Shown: positions 11,901 to 19,779 of the stretch, piece after piece | Layout of the letters: every line of letters begins with the position of its first letter | How positions within the stretch are numbered: position 1 is the first letter of the stretch | From: a virus | Lineage: Duplodnaviria > Caudoviricetes | IMG/VR virus record: IMGVR_UViG_3300032006_002789 | Location: 1 to 62,887 of that record | Direction: 5' to 3' (one strand) | Length of the DNA: 62,887 bases | Program-made: the position numbers and the translations under genes | The notes under the pieces: model-generated | The model's database searches: none | Told to the model about the DNA's origin: nothing | The model's input: the letters and a program-made list of their open reading frames with translations, nothing else

Positions 11901-14711
11901 CCAAGAATTAATTTCATTGATCCTTCTAAAACTGTCCGCTCCTTGTTGGGTATCAACAAGAGAGGGATCGTCAGACATCCATATTTCATAATGACTAACA
12001 TCAGGAGACGAGCTAGCATTCCAGCTCAAAAAATAAGTTTCAAATGAAGTGGTAGAATCATCACGAAATCCCGTTATAGGTAATGGAGGGCCAGTATCAA
12101 CTGATCCTGGGTACTTTTGACTGCCATCATAATAAGCATAAGGGTATACATATGCTTTCTCTTGAATATGATGGAGGTATCCACTGCCGTAACTATCATA
12201 AGGAAGAACCTTATAATAATAAGGGGTAATTTCTTCTTCGCCGTCTACGGCATTTAAAGTGAAAGGAGGGTCGTCTTCTATTGAGGTTATATTATTTCCA
12301 AAAGACTGCTTACCTTCACCAAAGAACGTTTGAACGAAGTATTTCTTAGAGGAATCTACATACAAAGAGCCAGAAGTAAAAGACTCTACGCCTTCATTAA
12401 CAGTAAATGAATACGGGCCTCCTTGCCCTCCAATTCCTGCAACAAAATAATCTTTAGAGGATCCCAAATTTTGATCCTCTATGGTAACGGTGCCCCCAAC
12501 TTCTATTTGGTTAAGTATCGAAGACGCCTCATTTTGGCTGTCTTTAGCAAACCTAACAATAAACTTATCAATTAACCTTTCGGTCCCCTCGCCATTATAA
12601 ACGGGATCGATATAAATACCTTCGTGCTTCCCGTCGGACTCAAGGAGCAAGGTCTTATTTGAAATTTTTATTTCAACTAAAGAGTCATTAACGTCATACC
12701 AACTAGAAGACCTTAGATATTTTGTATAATAAAGAATGCTATTAGTGGCGTCATTCTTATAAATCACCCAGTTTTCGTTATATTTCGGATCGGCACCCTG
12801 ATAGAGAACAATTTCGTGACTAGGGCCTGAGTCGACCTTTTGAATATAACCCTTACTGGAAAATTTACCTTCTATCTTAGCAACGTCTTCGTATTTATAA
12901 GCTCCTTCTATACTTGAATCAGAATCACAAGATACGACGATTTCATTATAAGCATCGATATCAAAATTCCGATCATCCAGGCTACTGGCCTTATTTCTAA
13001 ATAGGTCAACTTTAGTAGTTTTTTCTCGACTACCCCCAGCATAAACAAAATCAAAATCAATATGGCCGACAGACCTCAAACTGTCAACATTTAAAAAGTT
13101 TATCTTTGGCGCAGGATTTCTTCCGTAAATAGTAGTTTCATGAATAACTTCCTTTTCAGAATCGACTAGAGAAAGATGAAGGTCAATATCCCTTTTCCCG
13201 CTTTCGCGAATAGACGAGTCTCCGTATATTGCATTATTAAACTCTCTTGAATACCTATAGCTTGTTTGTAAAGTATAATTAGTTTTATCATTTTTGTTGT
13301 CTTCGCTGGCGCCAATATAACCCATGATGGTTTCTCCATCGCTAGAATCTATAAGTGCGCCAGAAAAACCAAGGATGCCATTATAGGAGGCGAGTGCCAT
13401 CTGATCTTGGCCCAGCTCAAGGTCGTCACTATTCCTTGAGTATTCTTCTATATCAACAACGTCCCCAAAATTATCAATTAGTTTCCATTCGAAAATCAAA
13501 TCATCACTCGACTCTCTAAATAAATCGTAACCAATTTTCAAGCTGTACTTAATTGGTATAAGATTACCGTCCATACTGAGGCCATCCGCAGTAATATTTT
13601 GAAGCGGCCCCTCTCCCAGACCATCAACCGCAGCAACAGCATAAAAATAATTCTTATTAAATGTTTGACTTAACTTAGGTTTTTCGTCCTCTGACTCCAA
13701 TTGCTCTCTTGAATAAAAATATTTTTCCTTAGTTATAGCTAGTCCATCTTCCGCTTGGGCCGCCTTATAGTCTTTTCTATTTTCAAGAGTTGGAACTTCA
13801 TCTCCATCAGAAGAAAATCTATACAAATTCATCCCAATCCAGTCAGCGTCATTAGAAAGGCCATTGCACTCGAATACTCCCTTTTCTAAATTCCAAATAA
13901 AGAAATCCATTATAGGAGCTCTATTCTGCCCAGCCAAAACGCCAGTAAAAGGAACATTAAATGAATCAAAGCCCACTACCTTTGCGGAAAACCTTCGGCT
14001 ATCTACATCTTCATCAAGGAAAAGTTTTTTATATATCTCAGAACTAATTTCAAATTCAAAATCTTTATAATTTCTTAACGCGGCGCCCACATCGTCAGCC
14101 AGCAACCTATTCTGAAGCTCAGGAATGTTATTAAGTTGAGCGGTTGTTATAGGAGATGCGGTGCCTTGCATGACCTGATCCAAAGTCTGACTCCCGTCAT
14201 AAAAAGTAATTTCAAAATTCTTAAAGAATGGATCAGTAAGAATTTCTTCTTTAACTAATTTACCTTCAAGAGGATGCCCCACAGGAGGAACGAGCCCCCA
14301 AACAATTTTAGCATTATTATTTACAAACTCACCATCGACAGCATATAAATTTTCCTCCTGAGAAGGACTCTGAACAACTAAACTATTTTGAGCGGCTCCT
14401 TCAGGCACCCCGTCAAACCTTAATTCACCAAACGTAAATGTTCCATGGAATTTTGGCGCAGGAATGCTAATCTTTTTTTCTAAAAACTCAGACCTAATAC
14501 CAAGATTACTTTTCGCATAAACCCTAACGGTAAACTCTCCGTAATTGCCCTCAAGGTCTATATTAACCGAGGCGGTATCCCCGTCTTGCTCAACTAACTT
14601 TACCCCAGGAATAGTTCTTTTAAAAGAGTAATTATCAGAAGTGCCAACGATATCGTAGTCCGAGAATGCGTCTTGGACTGTAAAGCTAACTGCTAGTGCT
14701 GTATCTGCCAT
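2898..14711 (-). CDS. Giant tail tip/central fibre protein (3937 aa), continuation of the gpJ-like module
   Basis: FN3-like segments (FTVRVYAKSNLGIRSE; LSWNASSSPDVSHYEIW; YFWVRTVDKARNKS), gpJ-C-like IGSASIADAAITSAKIKDLIADKVRAGTI, CBM5/12-like W-x-Y-x-x-GD-x-V motifs, repeated Ig-like domains (SNENHTL...GSGT.I.VYEG), fibre-like C-terminus. Confidence 0.85.
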   Translation of the reverse strand: MADTALAVSFTVQDAFSDYDIVGTSDNYSFKRTIPGVKLVEQDGDTASVNIDLEGNYGEFTVRVYAKSNLGIRSEFLEKKISIPAPKFHGTFTFGELRFDGVPEGAAQNSLVVQSPSQEENLYAVDGEFVNNNAKIVWGLVPPVGHPLEGKLVKEEILTDPFFKNFEITFYDGSQTLDQVMQGTASPITTAQLNNIPELQNRLLADDVGAALRNYKDFEFEISSEIYKKLFLDEDVDSRRFSAKVVGFDSFNVPFTGVLAGQNRAPIMDFFIWNLEKGVFECNGLSNDADWIGMNLYRFSSDGDEVPTLENRKDYKAAQAEDGLAITKEKYFYSREQLESEDEKPKLSQTFNKNYFYAVAAVDGLGEGPLQNITADGLSMDGNLIPIKYSLKIGYDLFRESSDDLIFEWKLIDNFGDVVDIEEYSRNSDDLELGQDQMALASYNGILGFSGALIDSSDGETIMGYIGASEDNKNDKTNYTLQTSYRYSREFNNAIYGDSSIRESGKRDIDLHLSLVDSEKEVIHETTIYGRNPAPKINFLNVDSLRSVGHIDFDFVYAGGSREKTTKVDLFRNKASSLDDRNFDIDAYNEIVVSCDSDSSIEGAYKYEDVAKIEGKFSSKGYIQKVDSGPSHEIVLYQGADPKYNENWVIYKNDATNSILYYTKYLRSSSWYDVNDSLVEIKISNKTLLLESDGKHEGIYIDPVYNGEGTERLIDKFIVRFAKDSQNEASSILNQIEVGGTVTIEDQNLGSSKDYFVAGIGGQGGPYSFTVNEGVESFTSGSLYVDSSKKYFVQTFFGEGKQSFGNNITSIEDDPPFTLNAVDGEEEITPYYYKVLPYDSYGSGYLHHIQEKAYVYPYAYYDGSQKYPGSVDTGPPLPITGFRDDSTTSFETYFLSWNASSSPDVSHYEIWMSDDPSLVDTQQGADSFRRINEINSWEPETLYNPGDWISGKKNGQSEPKIYQCLEPHYSEHQPDSEDIIITAQNNFWDNHGDTPTWKDETLRVYGQAYKSLYSKHDGFSVVETESQKDGEGYSYLTQLPTDPAENLLKNKNPAANGRIAITVPANQNSLRLKGKTNEVKYFWVRTVDKARNKSLFFPDPSNGFRMALGQAKVTDLEDFEQGITEQFENTIALIPNNPFVVDSVDGRISWGTHYLYNKGVGYLIEASGINIDPTDDGGVPNTAPHSSNLSIEHNLQNYINDTHPIVLDDNNFDPADYTRTDLKEKLKDEFQATDKFFIYWTPRDTKELNSDEATSHGTKKDEGENTRESLTVTIQDVASDDVVKLSIAGTDTTAVSEPSDDNDAAAKLATIINATANLDASISASADNNVVTISGGEGVSIPPVNNSSTDANLDDLVVTVSPKTFHAPDGIATDTNDITNPLKTVEKKAIYRFSHANPSNLAIVSSTKHDADANDEAHDRIVYDYQRIKLDQPSDNSLMQEGDFVVAQFVRGVGIKQAFHAFANAVIGSASIADAAITSAKIKDLIADKVRAGTIGAEDIRVYGGTRASTSERINFEQPIESLNDYVAGAGAWGTIGSSIDGTVGWDDFPFSQVNKAGDRAIEYKKDQVVTFSNPTRGYFKAVKDIGATVKKRIQVVDGEKPDDIIFLRPESDDLIQFEGRNKFALDEGSLVVPSENIIVEKVLNAGNATLNPSASFGWTAQINGTSAPPELQGSVTITFTGTAPENATLDITVQQIAMQPSHAPGGAGEAHWTRIDNPEAGESQPGFYIRGDGSFSFQAKNGVLKFEDGELVIEGNIRQTSGATFGLVALVVSSNIVTYDEWNQLSTRTPKVIDANASFQNPAGEVVHHGIKWQFDISDPEGSQGGDRKREVYRLAFEEDSSGVNRARIKVALYLEDSDSNSGTFGLMVFDKEEDYDPTAAGYIGSGNTNFNGISSKHFLKLDGGTSNKDLDFEGTGSEYQEGILADFYAIENKEIVEPYSGAGKAPRTPKGDYVVTQEYQQGDTVIAPTTYGANGVFIYINPTASLGKPVTNSVYWRQLFHRNFGINDGTQCSAQLYTTALQYRSNATLTIQALDIGDSTAAIYKDAESFGQSVFFINPLDGTAIKNKNKDQKLELQTVWQYENNLPMDLYYDADITNQQYHGGGWSLRNYEEDLVFADQVSLFYRFAADTNGTLSGDLQFYYISLRDLMFTDGDDEISCSLTSGNSTVSLSAGESTNSITVGQRVSGSGIQSGTRVKSIGSSTEFTLTKNANASGAKTLTFLGDLPTYTDRNDEPSILKNYKKLSDDFPSDNDARDNVISRLKAIRTDVFPGRYGPSANADDGRAAGVEEVHEQTSDTDKVWQNNNKYNVRIGRDAIEDQLLVVAASEPIDVTNQGQDYVDPITKLPILLSADNYARTPINSSGDLEALDSITLSDVLDGGAAGFLEVDKPLSIIRGKGKGALDETNKRTLTAQFSRDGETSITDYATAYVWAEALEGDDNVNLFVQLETGANGKTSSDDNQSGQGSISNRPSLHIHTAKITAADSKGNEYSTTRSLKYKINRGTPQAPQTLASDPKIDAPWQVGYTYYDEGAETSWTDGDADQWQRIFHLRTHGASSVANLNGVPVESVQVANSSDGSPNSVSVEFQFTDPNTKRTIFAQETIYIAEGGDSERGIVLGASTQTVILKRDNSIIPNGGVPTWSADGTTATYEDTDPIRVFARVTNLLPSEQSGYSLGAESGKHLASVTWEPPAGLELYSDQALNTLMSGDGLTVEITKENQIVDAYVKPSQIKTLEQATIKIISERPDDVSVAQYDAVANSSSKNPYGDFQDELSIILLEEGTDNLTCLLDNEAASFEAQLVWEMEAQTEATASCTTTNGNRQVDTSGTGFAVGQDVSGPGIQSGSKVTQIVNGGFKMNKTASSSGTNNLVFTVNEQVQTYVVEDSSLSGAQTDVFMWEGSVQLTPLTLNDSSTSIAFEHSPKGTNLDEIVTQETSSIIYWAIFNREKDSDWWGNQGVTVRSMLATFIADAENKSGTGNDPILTNGTYWGGVDVVYRSKDITHSDIPVGTFYIDKVEGTNVVPANTYTPVEANKKWASGIPTSMSKSRHHRTSLISYTINYRNIKGDTGSLVKTQTFSRANSGVVPYSLSLEATSLVVGQQEDLTITPGEIIITANCVGFEGDIDQLPDLSGGPGYLNDLPQRNKVIWDLYSWDDQPLLEGSDQDINNNPIIEAKNHDSRLENNQIIFRSSGKRGLERLFLDSSRPLDQSWKGQDKAGIKIKAWTVAPDGRTLSDEVVIQKLKEGTSAKTLRLESSSYVIKRLKDADLTPTSITFTAHTPNIPLAPHDILPSRIDGHNPETVTDTNSAHLHKSNISWHLIKKDGTDFSAADRTKVLSSCTIAVDNNNGVGTLTITNINSEDNRAVLANGFKIRAVVKDPHFEAGKNLEQWPSDSTTVQVLDEGLDAISVVNSNENHTLTANEFGQVSDYTGSGTAIQVYEGATALTYVSSVAASDKSKWTVTASSPGDHITPNANPSGQNGNTATYGVASGLNNDQEAATITYQITGRKANGDEFATSTTQTFSKSRGAVSPITVVLSNSAHQLTADKDGAVTFYDGSGTTITVYQGADKLIYDATPTAAGQWEVSASNGVNINVGAINYANNVGTVLDASNAVSGEDSPYIDFTITGKTLQNTSINQVVRQQFSKSKQSNIAGPAIVFRGDWGSKLEYFYFANNDQITRRDVVKYNGAYYMNKAAIPANDGGNADPTADTTRWEGMGASFNSVSTGLEMVDESFVKNTLTMEDDAELIVNADGDDADSTSATLHNQHGTNNMSGAGEVGWYLDGNGNVTIGRNGSSMITYVSSGHGTDNPNGVLTVNPNTLTIQSGGTFLGSNLDTAGKLQRSHIGTLNINDLSDVDTDQGMPLAHGKGIVYNAEAATPRWEVGDAGGKVKVQSIPPADAEEGHLWWDTDYAALYVALVKDNQINWVRAIPEF

Positions 14712-14713
14712 TG

Positions 14714-17700
14714 TTATTCGGGTCTAAAAGTTATATCAAATAATTCTAAATCTTCTGGAGCGTCAGGAACCGACATGTCTGCTTGAGGAGGAATGTAAGC
14801 TCTTGGTTTCTGTATATTAATGTTTTTTTCAATTGCTGCAAATTTATAGGGATTATATTCGCTACCAATAACCTCAAAAGATCCATCTCCATTATCCTTA
14901 GTTCCTTTAATCCTAAACTTCTGGGAGTACATTTGAGTTGGGGAAATTTTTGCCCCAGAAATCTTATATACTCCTCCAGAAGCTTCGTTTCCTGTAAATG
15001 CACTTACTGCCTCGGTAATAGTTTTTCCAATTAATAAGTAAAAATCATAACCACCATCTTCGTTGACTCCTATTTTCTTGACCCTGCAAAATCCTCTGTA
15101 ATCATCTGCATATGCGCCGCTCCCCATCATATTTGAATGGTCGCTATAAATTTGAACCTCATCTTCTTCGCTTAGGTTATGTCCGTGGAGTATTCCCATC
15201 ATAGGCATAGGCTTATCGTCGTAATTAATATATTCAGAAACCCCTATATAATTAATAGTCCCGTCTGATGATGCATTAGGGAATGTTGATATTACAGGCT
15301 CGCCAGAATTGTCAGAAATAGGAGAGGTAAGATCGTCTGGAGCGGTTCCAGTGTTAGCTATATCCAACCAATAACCCTGACCAGGGACAACTTTTAGAAT
15401 TTTAAATCCGCCAATCGATTGCCCTGCTCTATATAAAGCCCCATCATCATAAACCTTTATGAAGCCAGGAAATTCATTATCATTAAGGTTTGCAGAGTCA
15501 AAGCTAATATTACCCTCGTGATCTTCAAGTTTAAAAGATACAGGAACAGAACTATCAACTCCACACCATTGCTTGCTAAACAATGGTCCAAAGCGTAAAC
15601 GAGCGCCAACTTTACTCAAAGTTGAAGACCTAAAGGGGTTAAAAAGCCCCTCCGACTCCCTCTGTTTCCCATATTCATTAAACGCTTCCTGTAAATTTTT
15701 GAGAGTTTCAAAACTACTTTCGGTGCAAGACAGGTTAATCTCATCATCCGTAACGGTTTGTGGCATTCCGTCAGAGTCGGTATAGTTGTAGCTAAGCTTT
15801 ATTTTAATCTCGTCACCCTCATTACAGCCCCTTATTGAAAACCTCTGAGATTGAGCTTCTAGTAAGTCAGAGTCATAAACAAAAATAATTCCATCCTTTA
15901 ATCTTTCTTGGTTATTTATATACCTCATGGCAAACCATTTTTTAGTTAATTCTGGCAATTTATCTCCATCTACATAGTGCATGTAATTCTGAAGATCTTG
16001 AGTATCAGACGGGTACCTCGTCCAAATCCATCCCAGGGTATCGTGGCTATAATAAAATCCGTCTGTGCCAGAGGGAACTGGCTCTGCATGAGAAGATACG
16101 TAAACCCATCCCATTCCCTTGGTAAACACCCAACCATTAGAGTCGGTGCTTGCATAAAAGTGTCCGAACTTATCAGAGTAATGCCAATCTGGAGCATCTT
16201 CATTTTCACTCGAGATATAAGTCTGAAAAGTTATAGATATATTTGAGGCGCTCTTTGTTGCTGCTTTGCTAAGACGAACTTTATTTTCTGCGGTAATCTC
16301 CTCAACAACAGAATGATTAGGAATTCCTTCTCCGATAGCAATTAATCCTGTTGAAATTTCATTGTAATCATCGACTGTAATTAAATTTGATCCGCCAGTT
16401 ACGCTTCCAGTTTGAGTAATTTCCTGTTTATCGCCCTTAGCAGCCATAATAATATTTAGATCAGCTGCAGTTATAGCATAACCTTCATTTCCCTGCAGGG
16501 GCTCAATCAGATTATTATTTGATACCGACCAAGCTGCTCCAAGATTTATATTTCTAAGAGCGGCAGTTGTTGTAGAATGATTTGTATTAATGAAATAATG
16601 CAGACCGCCTTCGTTGCCAATTTGATCCTCCCCAGGAGAAGAAGGAACAACTTTTGTATTATGAGAAATAGCCACCTCAAAAGAGTGCCCAGACTCAGAA
16701 ACAGAATGCACAATATAAGCAAACCCCTTTAAAAGCGGCTTAGGAAGGACACCCTCGCTATCAAAATAGATATAATCCCCCTTTATAAGCCCATGATTAT
16801 AAGAGCTAAATCTCTTTCCTTCTAAATCCACAGTAAAGTTTTTCTTCAGCATCAAATCAGCAATAGTTGAAGGGGTAGTAATTTTACCTATAAATCTATC
16901 AAATTGCGTTGTAGATTGATGATCAATAATAACGTCTTGATCAATAGAGTCTTCTCCAGCAGACAAAGATTTACTTTCAATAGATTCGTAAGTTTCATTA
17001 CCCTGATGATTATTGATTATTATTTCATAGCCATAGTAACTAACAGTTGGCTTATTGATATTTTTATCTATAACGATAGACCGATTATCTGGAGAGACTT
17101 CTCGAAGGCGGCCTGATGTAAATTTTTCTTGCCTATTAACATCAGAGATTTCAATAACATCTCCAGCTTTTAAGTACATCCCCTCCAGAAAAGTAGTAAA
17201 GATGACGGATTCCGTTTCAAACTGAGAGACGTAAAGATAAAATCTAGCCATGCGCTTTGCTTGAGATGGGGAAGTTATACCCACCCCCACAAGACTGGCC
17301 TCATTATACCCAAATCTATCTATTGCCGTAGAGTCTTCTTCGTAAGCAAGATCCGTCGCAAAGTCATTATACTTATTATTAAATCTAACAGTAACTGCAG
17401 TTTTTCTTTTAGACCTATCAACTCCCGTATACTTAAAACCCTCAGCACTGACGTTGGAATTATTAAAAAGAAGCAAAGGCTCTCTAGGATGCTCTTGAAT
17501 AACTCCAACCCTCCCATCTATATAAGCAATCATGCCTTGAAATATTGCACTTAAGTTTTTAAATAAATCTAACGCTTGATATAATTGATTAATATAAATA
17601 TTACAAGTGAATCGGGGCTCTACTATTGGAAAGTTAAACTCACAAACACAGCGTCCTTTTACATTAAAATCTGTTTCCCTTTTCTGTCGTTGCCTAAGCT

Positions 17701-19765
17701 TAGGAGCAAATACTTTTACCCATTTTTGATTAGCATTTGAAGAATGAATAGTTCGCCTATGAAACGTTTCCCTTCCATCTTCATCTTCCACAGCAAATAC
17801 CAAAGCTTTTCCCTTAAAAGAGAATCCGTTTCCGTATTCGTCCTTAAAGTCCTTCTGGGATATTGAATATATACTATCATCGCCAATAGTTATTTTAAGA
17901 AGCCTACCCGATTCAGATTTATCTAGGGCGCGAAATGCCCTCCAAGGCTTTTCCGAAGAGTGGCCAGTCTCAACCAGTTCGTCGCAATATTTTGCAGCTT
18001 TATATAGAGACCATTTATCTATTAAATCTTCAGAGATGCCAACTCCATATTTAGCTAAACCGTACCTTGCATTTGTGGCGAGATCATAAAAAATCCACGC
18101 TGGATTATTGGTCCAGTATTTTTGATTATCTGGAATTCCAGCTATAGAATCCAGCTCATCCCTCTGTCCTTTAAACAATCCATTCCAGTTGCCAGTATAT
18201 TCCCTGGAGGTGGGGTCATAGTTGCTCGGAATGGGAATTTTCAACAATTTACAATGAAACTCTCGCTTCGGGGTTGAACTCAAGTTTTTTGCGTCAAAGC
18301 GAATATTTGCCAATGCCACATTAGGGTAAGTTAGAGTGTATTTTTTCTCTTCAAATACATGACTCAACTTAGAGGAAAACAGATTTCTTGCATCGTTCCC
18401 CTTTACTTCATTAGTCAATCTCACAAGCTCGATCCACCTTGGGCCACCCCCCTCTTCTGGAGGTAAGCTCACCTTAACTTCAACCTTATAGACTGACGTG
18501 GCAATACCTTCAATTGAGACAAGCATAGTAGCAGGGTCGTTGACTTTCTTTTGTCTTTCAGGGGCTGCCGCGCCGACCTTACTACTGATTTCATAATTTC
18601 TATATTTTATCGACCATCCTGGATCATCTAAGGTCATATATTTTAATCCGTTATAGATTCTAACGCCGAAGACAAGCTTATTGGTCTGAATAGGGTGATC
18701 TGGATTTTTTGACATATACGAACATTGTACGTTTAAATTCATGGTCGCAGTGACGGAAAAAGAGTCCTCGATATAATGAGTTATAACATTAGCTTCATGG
18801 CGTTTGGCGTTATCGAGAGACCCGAGAATACTATTGCTATAAGGGTTAGGTCCGATTAATTGCTCAGAATAAGGAAACATTTTTCTACTGACTGTATTTG
18901 CGAGAGGGAGGCGCTCAAAGGTATTACCTTTACTAACCCTAATTGGGGTGCCCCCTTCATTGGTAACGTAATTATAAGTTCCAGAAGCTTCTGCAGAGCC
19001 ATCCTCTGCATTGGGCATGTTTTTTACAGGCATCCTATTTAAGTAAACGCCTTGTTCAATATCATAGGTTGTTTCGCCATTTCTATTAACGATACCCTCT
19101 ATGGGTCCCTCTGAGAGCATATCAAAAATTTCTATCTGATCAAAAGATTCTAGCATACCTGAGTTTGCAGCTTGAGCAGTATCAAAACTTCTTAGGCCAG
19201 ATTGAATTACGGTAGAACCTATTAATAACCTACCGTAACCTATGGGCACTGGAACGCCTTGTCGGGTAACATTTTCAGTTCCGTTGAACACATATGATTT
19301 TGTTGCAACAGGGTCACCCATTTGAGGCATGTCAATAAGGGATTCAACAATTGACTGAATAAGCATTGTAGCTCCAACCATTACAGTCATACCAATGGCA
19401 GCAGCAGCAATCTTAGCTCCTAGAGTCATTGCTCCTTTAAACCCGAAGAATTTCATAATTGCCGTTCCAATGGGAATAAATACCGCCCCACCAGCAACAG
19501 CGGGACAAATATGAATTTCATCCTGAGAGACAGGTTGGTGAAAATTCTCTTCGGAAATAAAATCATCAGGCCCTTCGATTTTAGTAACTTTTTTTGTGGT
19601 GATAATGTACGAGGCGCCTTTTCGTTCCTGCTGAATAAGGTACCTCAAGAATCCATCCGCGTTTGCGTCGATAGCTTTTGCAGCTTCGCCCACGGTTCTA
19701 GCGTTCAGGGTCCATTCACGCCCGAACTTCTTACCTAAGTTGCCATATAAAAATACTTTTTTCAC
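14714..19765 (-). CDS. Tail assembly protein I (ubiquitin-like) fused to tail tip/host-specificity protein J
   Basis: N-terminal lambda gpI-like KVFLYGNLGKKFGR...EIHICPAVAGG and QGVPVPIGYGRLLIGS; gpJ-like DMLSEGPIEG, YPNVAL, IPSNYDP...Y.G.W.G.FK, WTNNPAWIFYDL, EPRFTCN, GITSPSQAKR. Confidence 0.92.
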   Translation of the reverse strand: MKKVFLYGNLGKKFGREWTLNARTVGEAAKAIDANADGFLRYLIQQERKGASYIITTKKVTKIEGPDDFISEENFHQPVSQDEIHICPAVAGGAVFIPIGTAIMKFFGFKGAMTLGAKIAAAAIGMTVMVGATMLIQSIVESLIDMPQMGDPVATKSYVFNGTENVTRQGVPVPIGYGRLLIGSTVIQSGLRSFDTAQAANSGMLESFDQIEIFDMLSEGPIEGIVNRNGETTYDIEQGVYLNRMPVKNMPNAEDGSAEASGTYNYVTNEGGTPIRVSKGNTFERLPLANTVSRKMFPYSEQLIGPNPYSNSILGSLDNAKRHEANVITHYIEDSFSVTATMNLNVQCSYMSKNPDHPIQTNKLVFGVRIYNGLKYMTLDDPGWSIKYRNYEISSKVGAAAPERQKKVNDPATMLVSIEGIATSVYKVEVKVSLPPEEGGGPRWIELVRLTNEVKGNDARNLFSSKLSHVFEEKKYTLTYPNVALANIRFDAKNLSSTPKREFHCKLLKIPIPSNYDPTSREYTGNWNGLFKGQRDELDSIAGIPDNQKYWTNNPAWIFYDLATNARYGLAKYGVGISEDLIDKWSLYKAAKYCDELVETGHSSEKPWRAFRALDKSESGRLLKITIGDDSIYSISQKDFKDEYGNGFSFKGKALVFAVEDEDGRETFHRRTIHSSNANQKWVKVFAPKLRQRQKRETDFNVKGRCVCEFNFPIVEPRFTCNIYINQLYQALDLFKNLSAIFQGMIAYIDGRVGVIQEHPREPLLLFNNSNVSAEGFKYTGVDRSKRKTAVTVRFNNKYNDFATDLAYEEDSTAIDRFGYNEASLVGVGITSPSQAKRMARFYLYVSQFETESVIFTTFLEGMYLKAGDVIEISDVNRQEKFTSGRLREVSPDNRSIVIDKNINKPTVSYYGYEIIINNHQGNETYESIESKSLSAGEDSIDQDVIIDHQSTTQFDRFIGKITTPSTIADLMLKKNFTVDLEGKRFSSYNHGLIKGDYIYFDSEGVLPKPLLKGFAYIVHSVSESGHSFEVAISHNTKVVPSSPGEDQIGNEGGLHYFINTNHSTTTAALRNINLGAAWSVSNNNLIEPLQGNEGYAITAADLNIIMAAKGDKQEITQTGSVTGGSNLITVDDYNEISTGLIAIGEGIPNHSVVEEITAENKVRLSKAATKSASNISITFQTYISSENEDAPDWHYSDKFGHFYASTDSNGWVFTKGMGWVYVSSHAEPVPSGTDGFYYSHDTLGWIWTRYPSDTQDLQNYMHYVDGDKLPELTKKWFAMRYINNQERLKDGIIFVYDSDLLEAQSQRFSIRGCNEGDEIKIKLSYNYTDSDGMPQTVTDDEINLSCTESSFETLKNLQEAFNEYGKQRESEGLFNPFRSSTLSKVGARLRFGPLFSKQWCGVDSSVPVSFKLEDHEGNISFDSANLNDNEFPGFIKVYDDGALYRAGQSIGGFKILKVVPGQGYWLDIANTGTAPDDLTSPISDNSGEPVISTFPNASSDGTINYIGVSEYINYDDKPMPMMGILHGHNLSEEDEVQIYSDHSNMMGSGAYADDYRGFCRVKKIGVNEDGGYDFYLLIGKTITEAVSAFTGNEASGGVYKISGAKISPTQMYSQKFRIKGTKDNGDGSFEVIGSEYNPYKFAAIEKNINIQKPRAYIPPQADMSVPDAPEDLELFDITFRPE

Positions 19766-19779
19766 CTTGTCCCCATTTT

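Noticed and set aside
14705-14735. Programmed frameshift fusing gpI-J to the 3937-aa gene
   Set aside because: The downstream frame has a TAG five codons before its ATG and the short shared window has no X-XXY-YYZ slippery heptamer; separate coupled genes fit better
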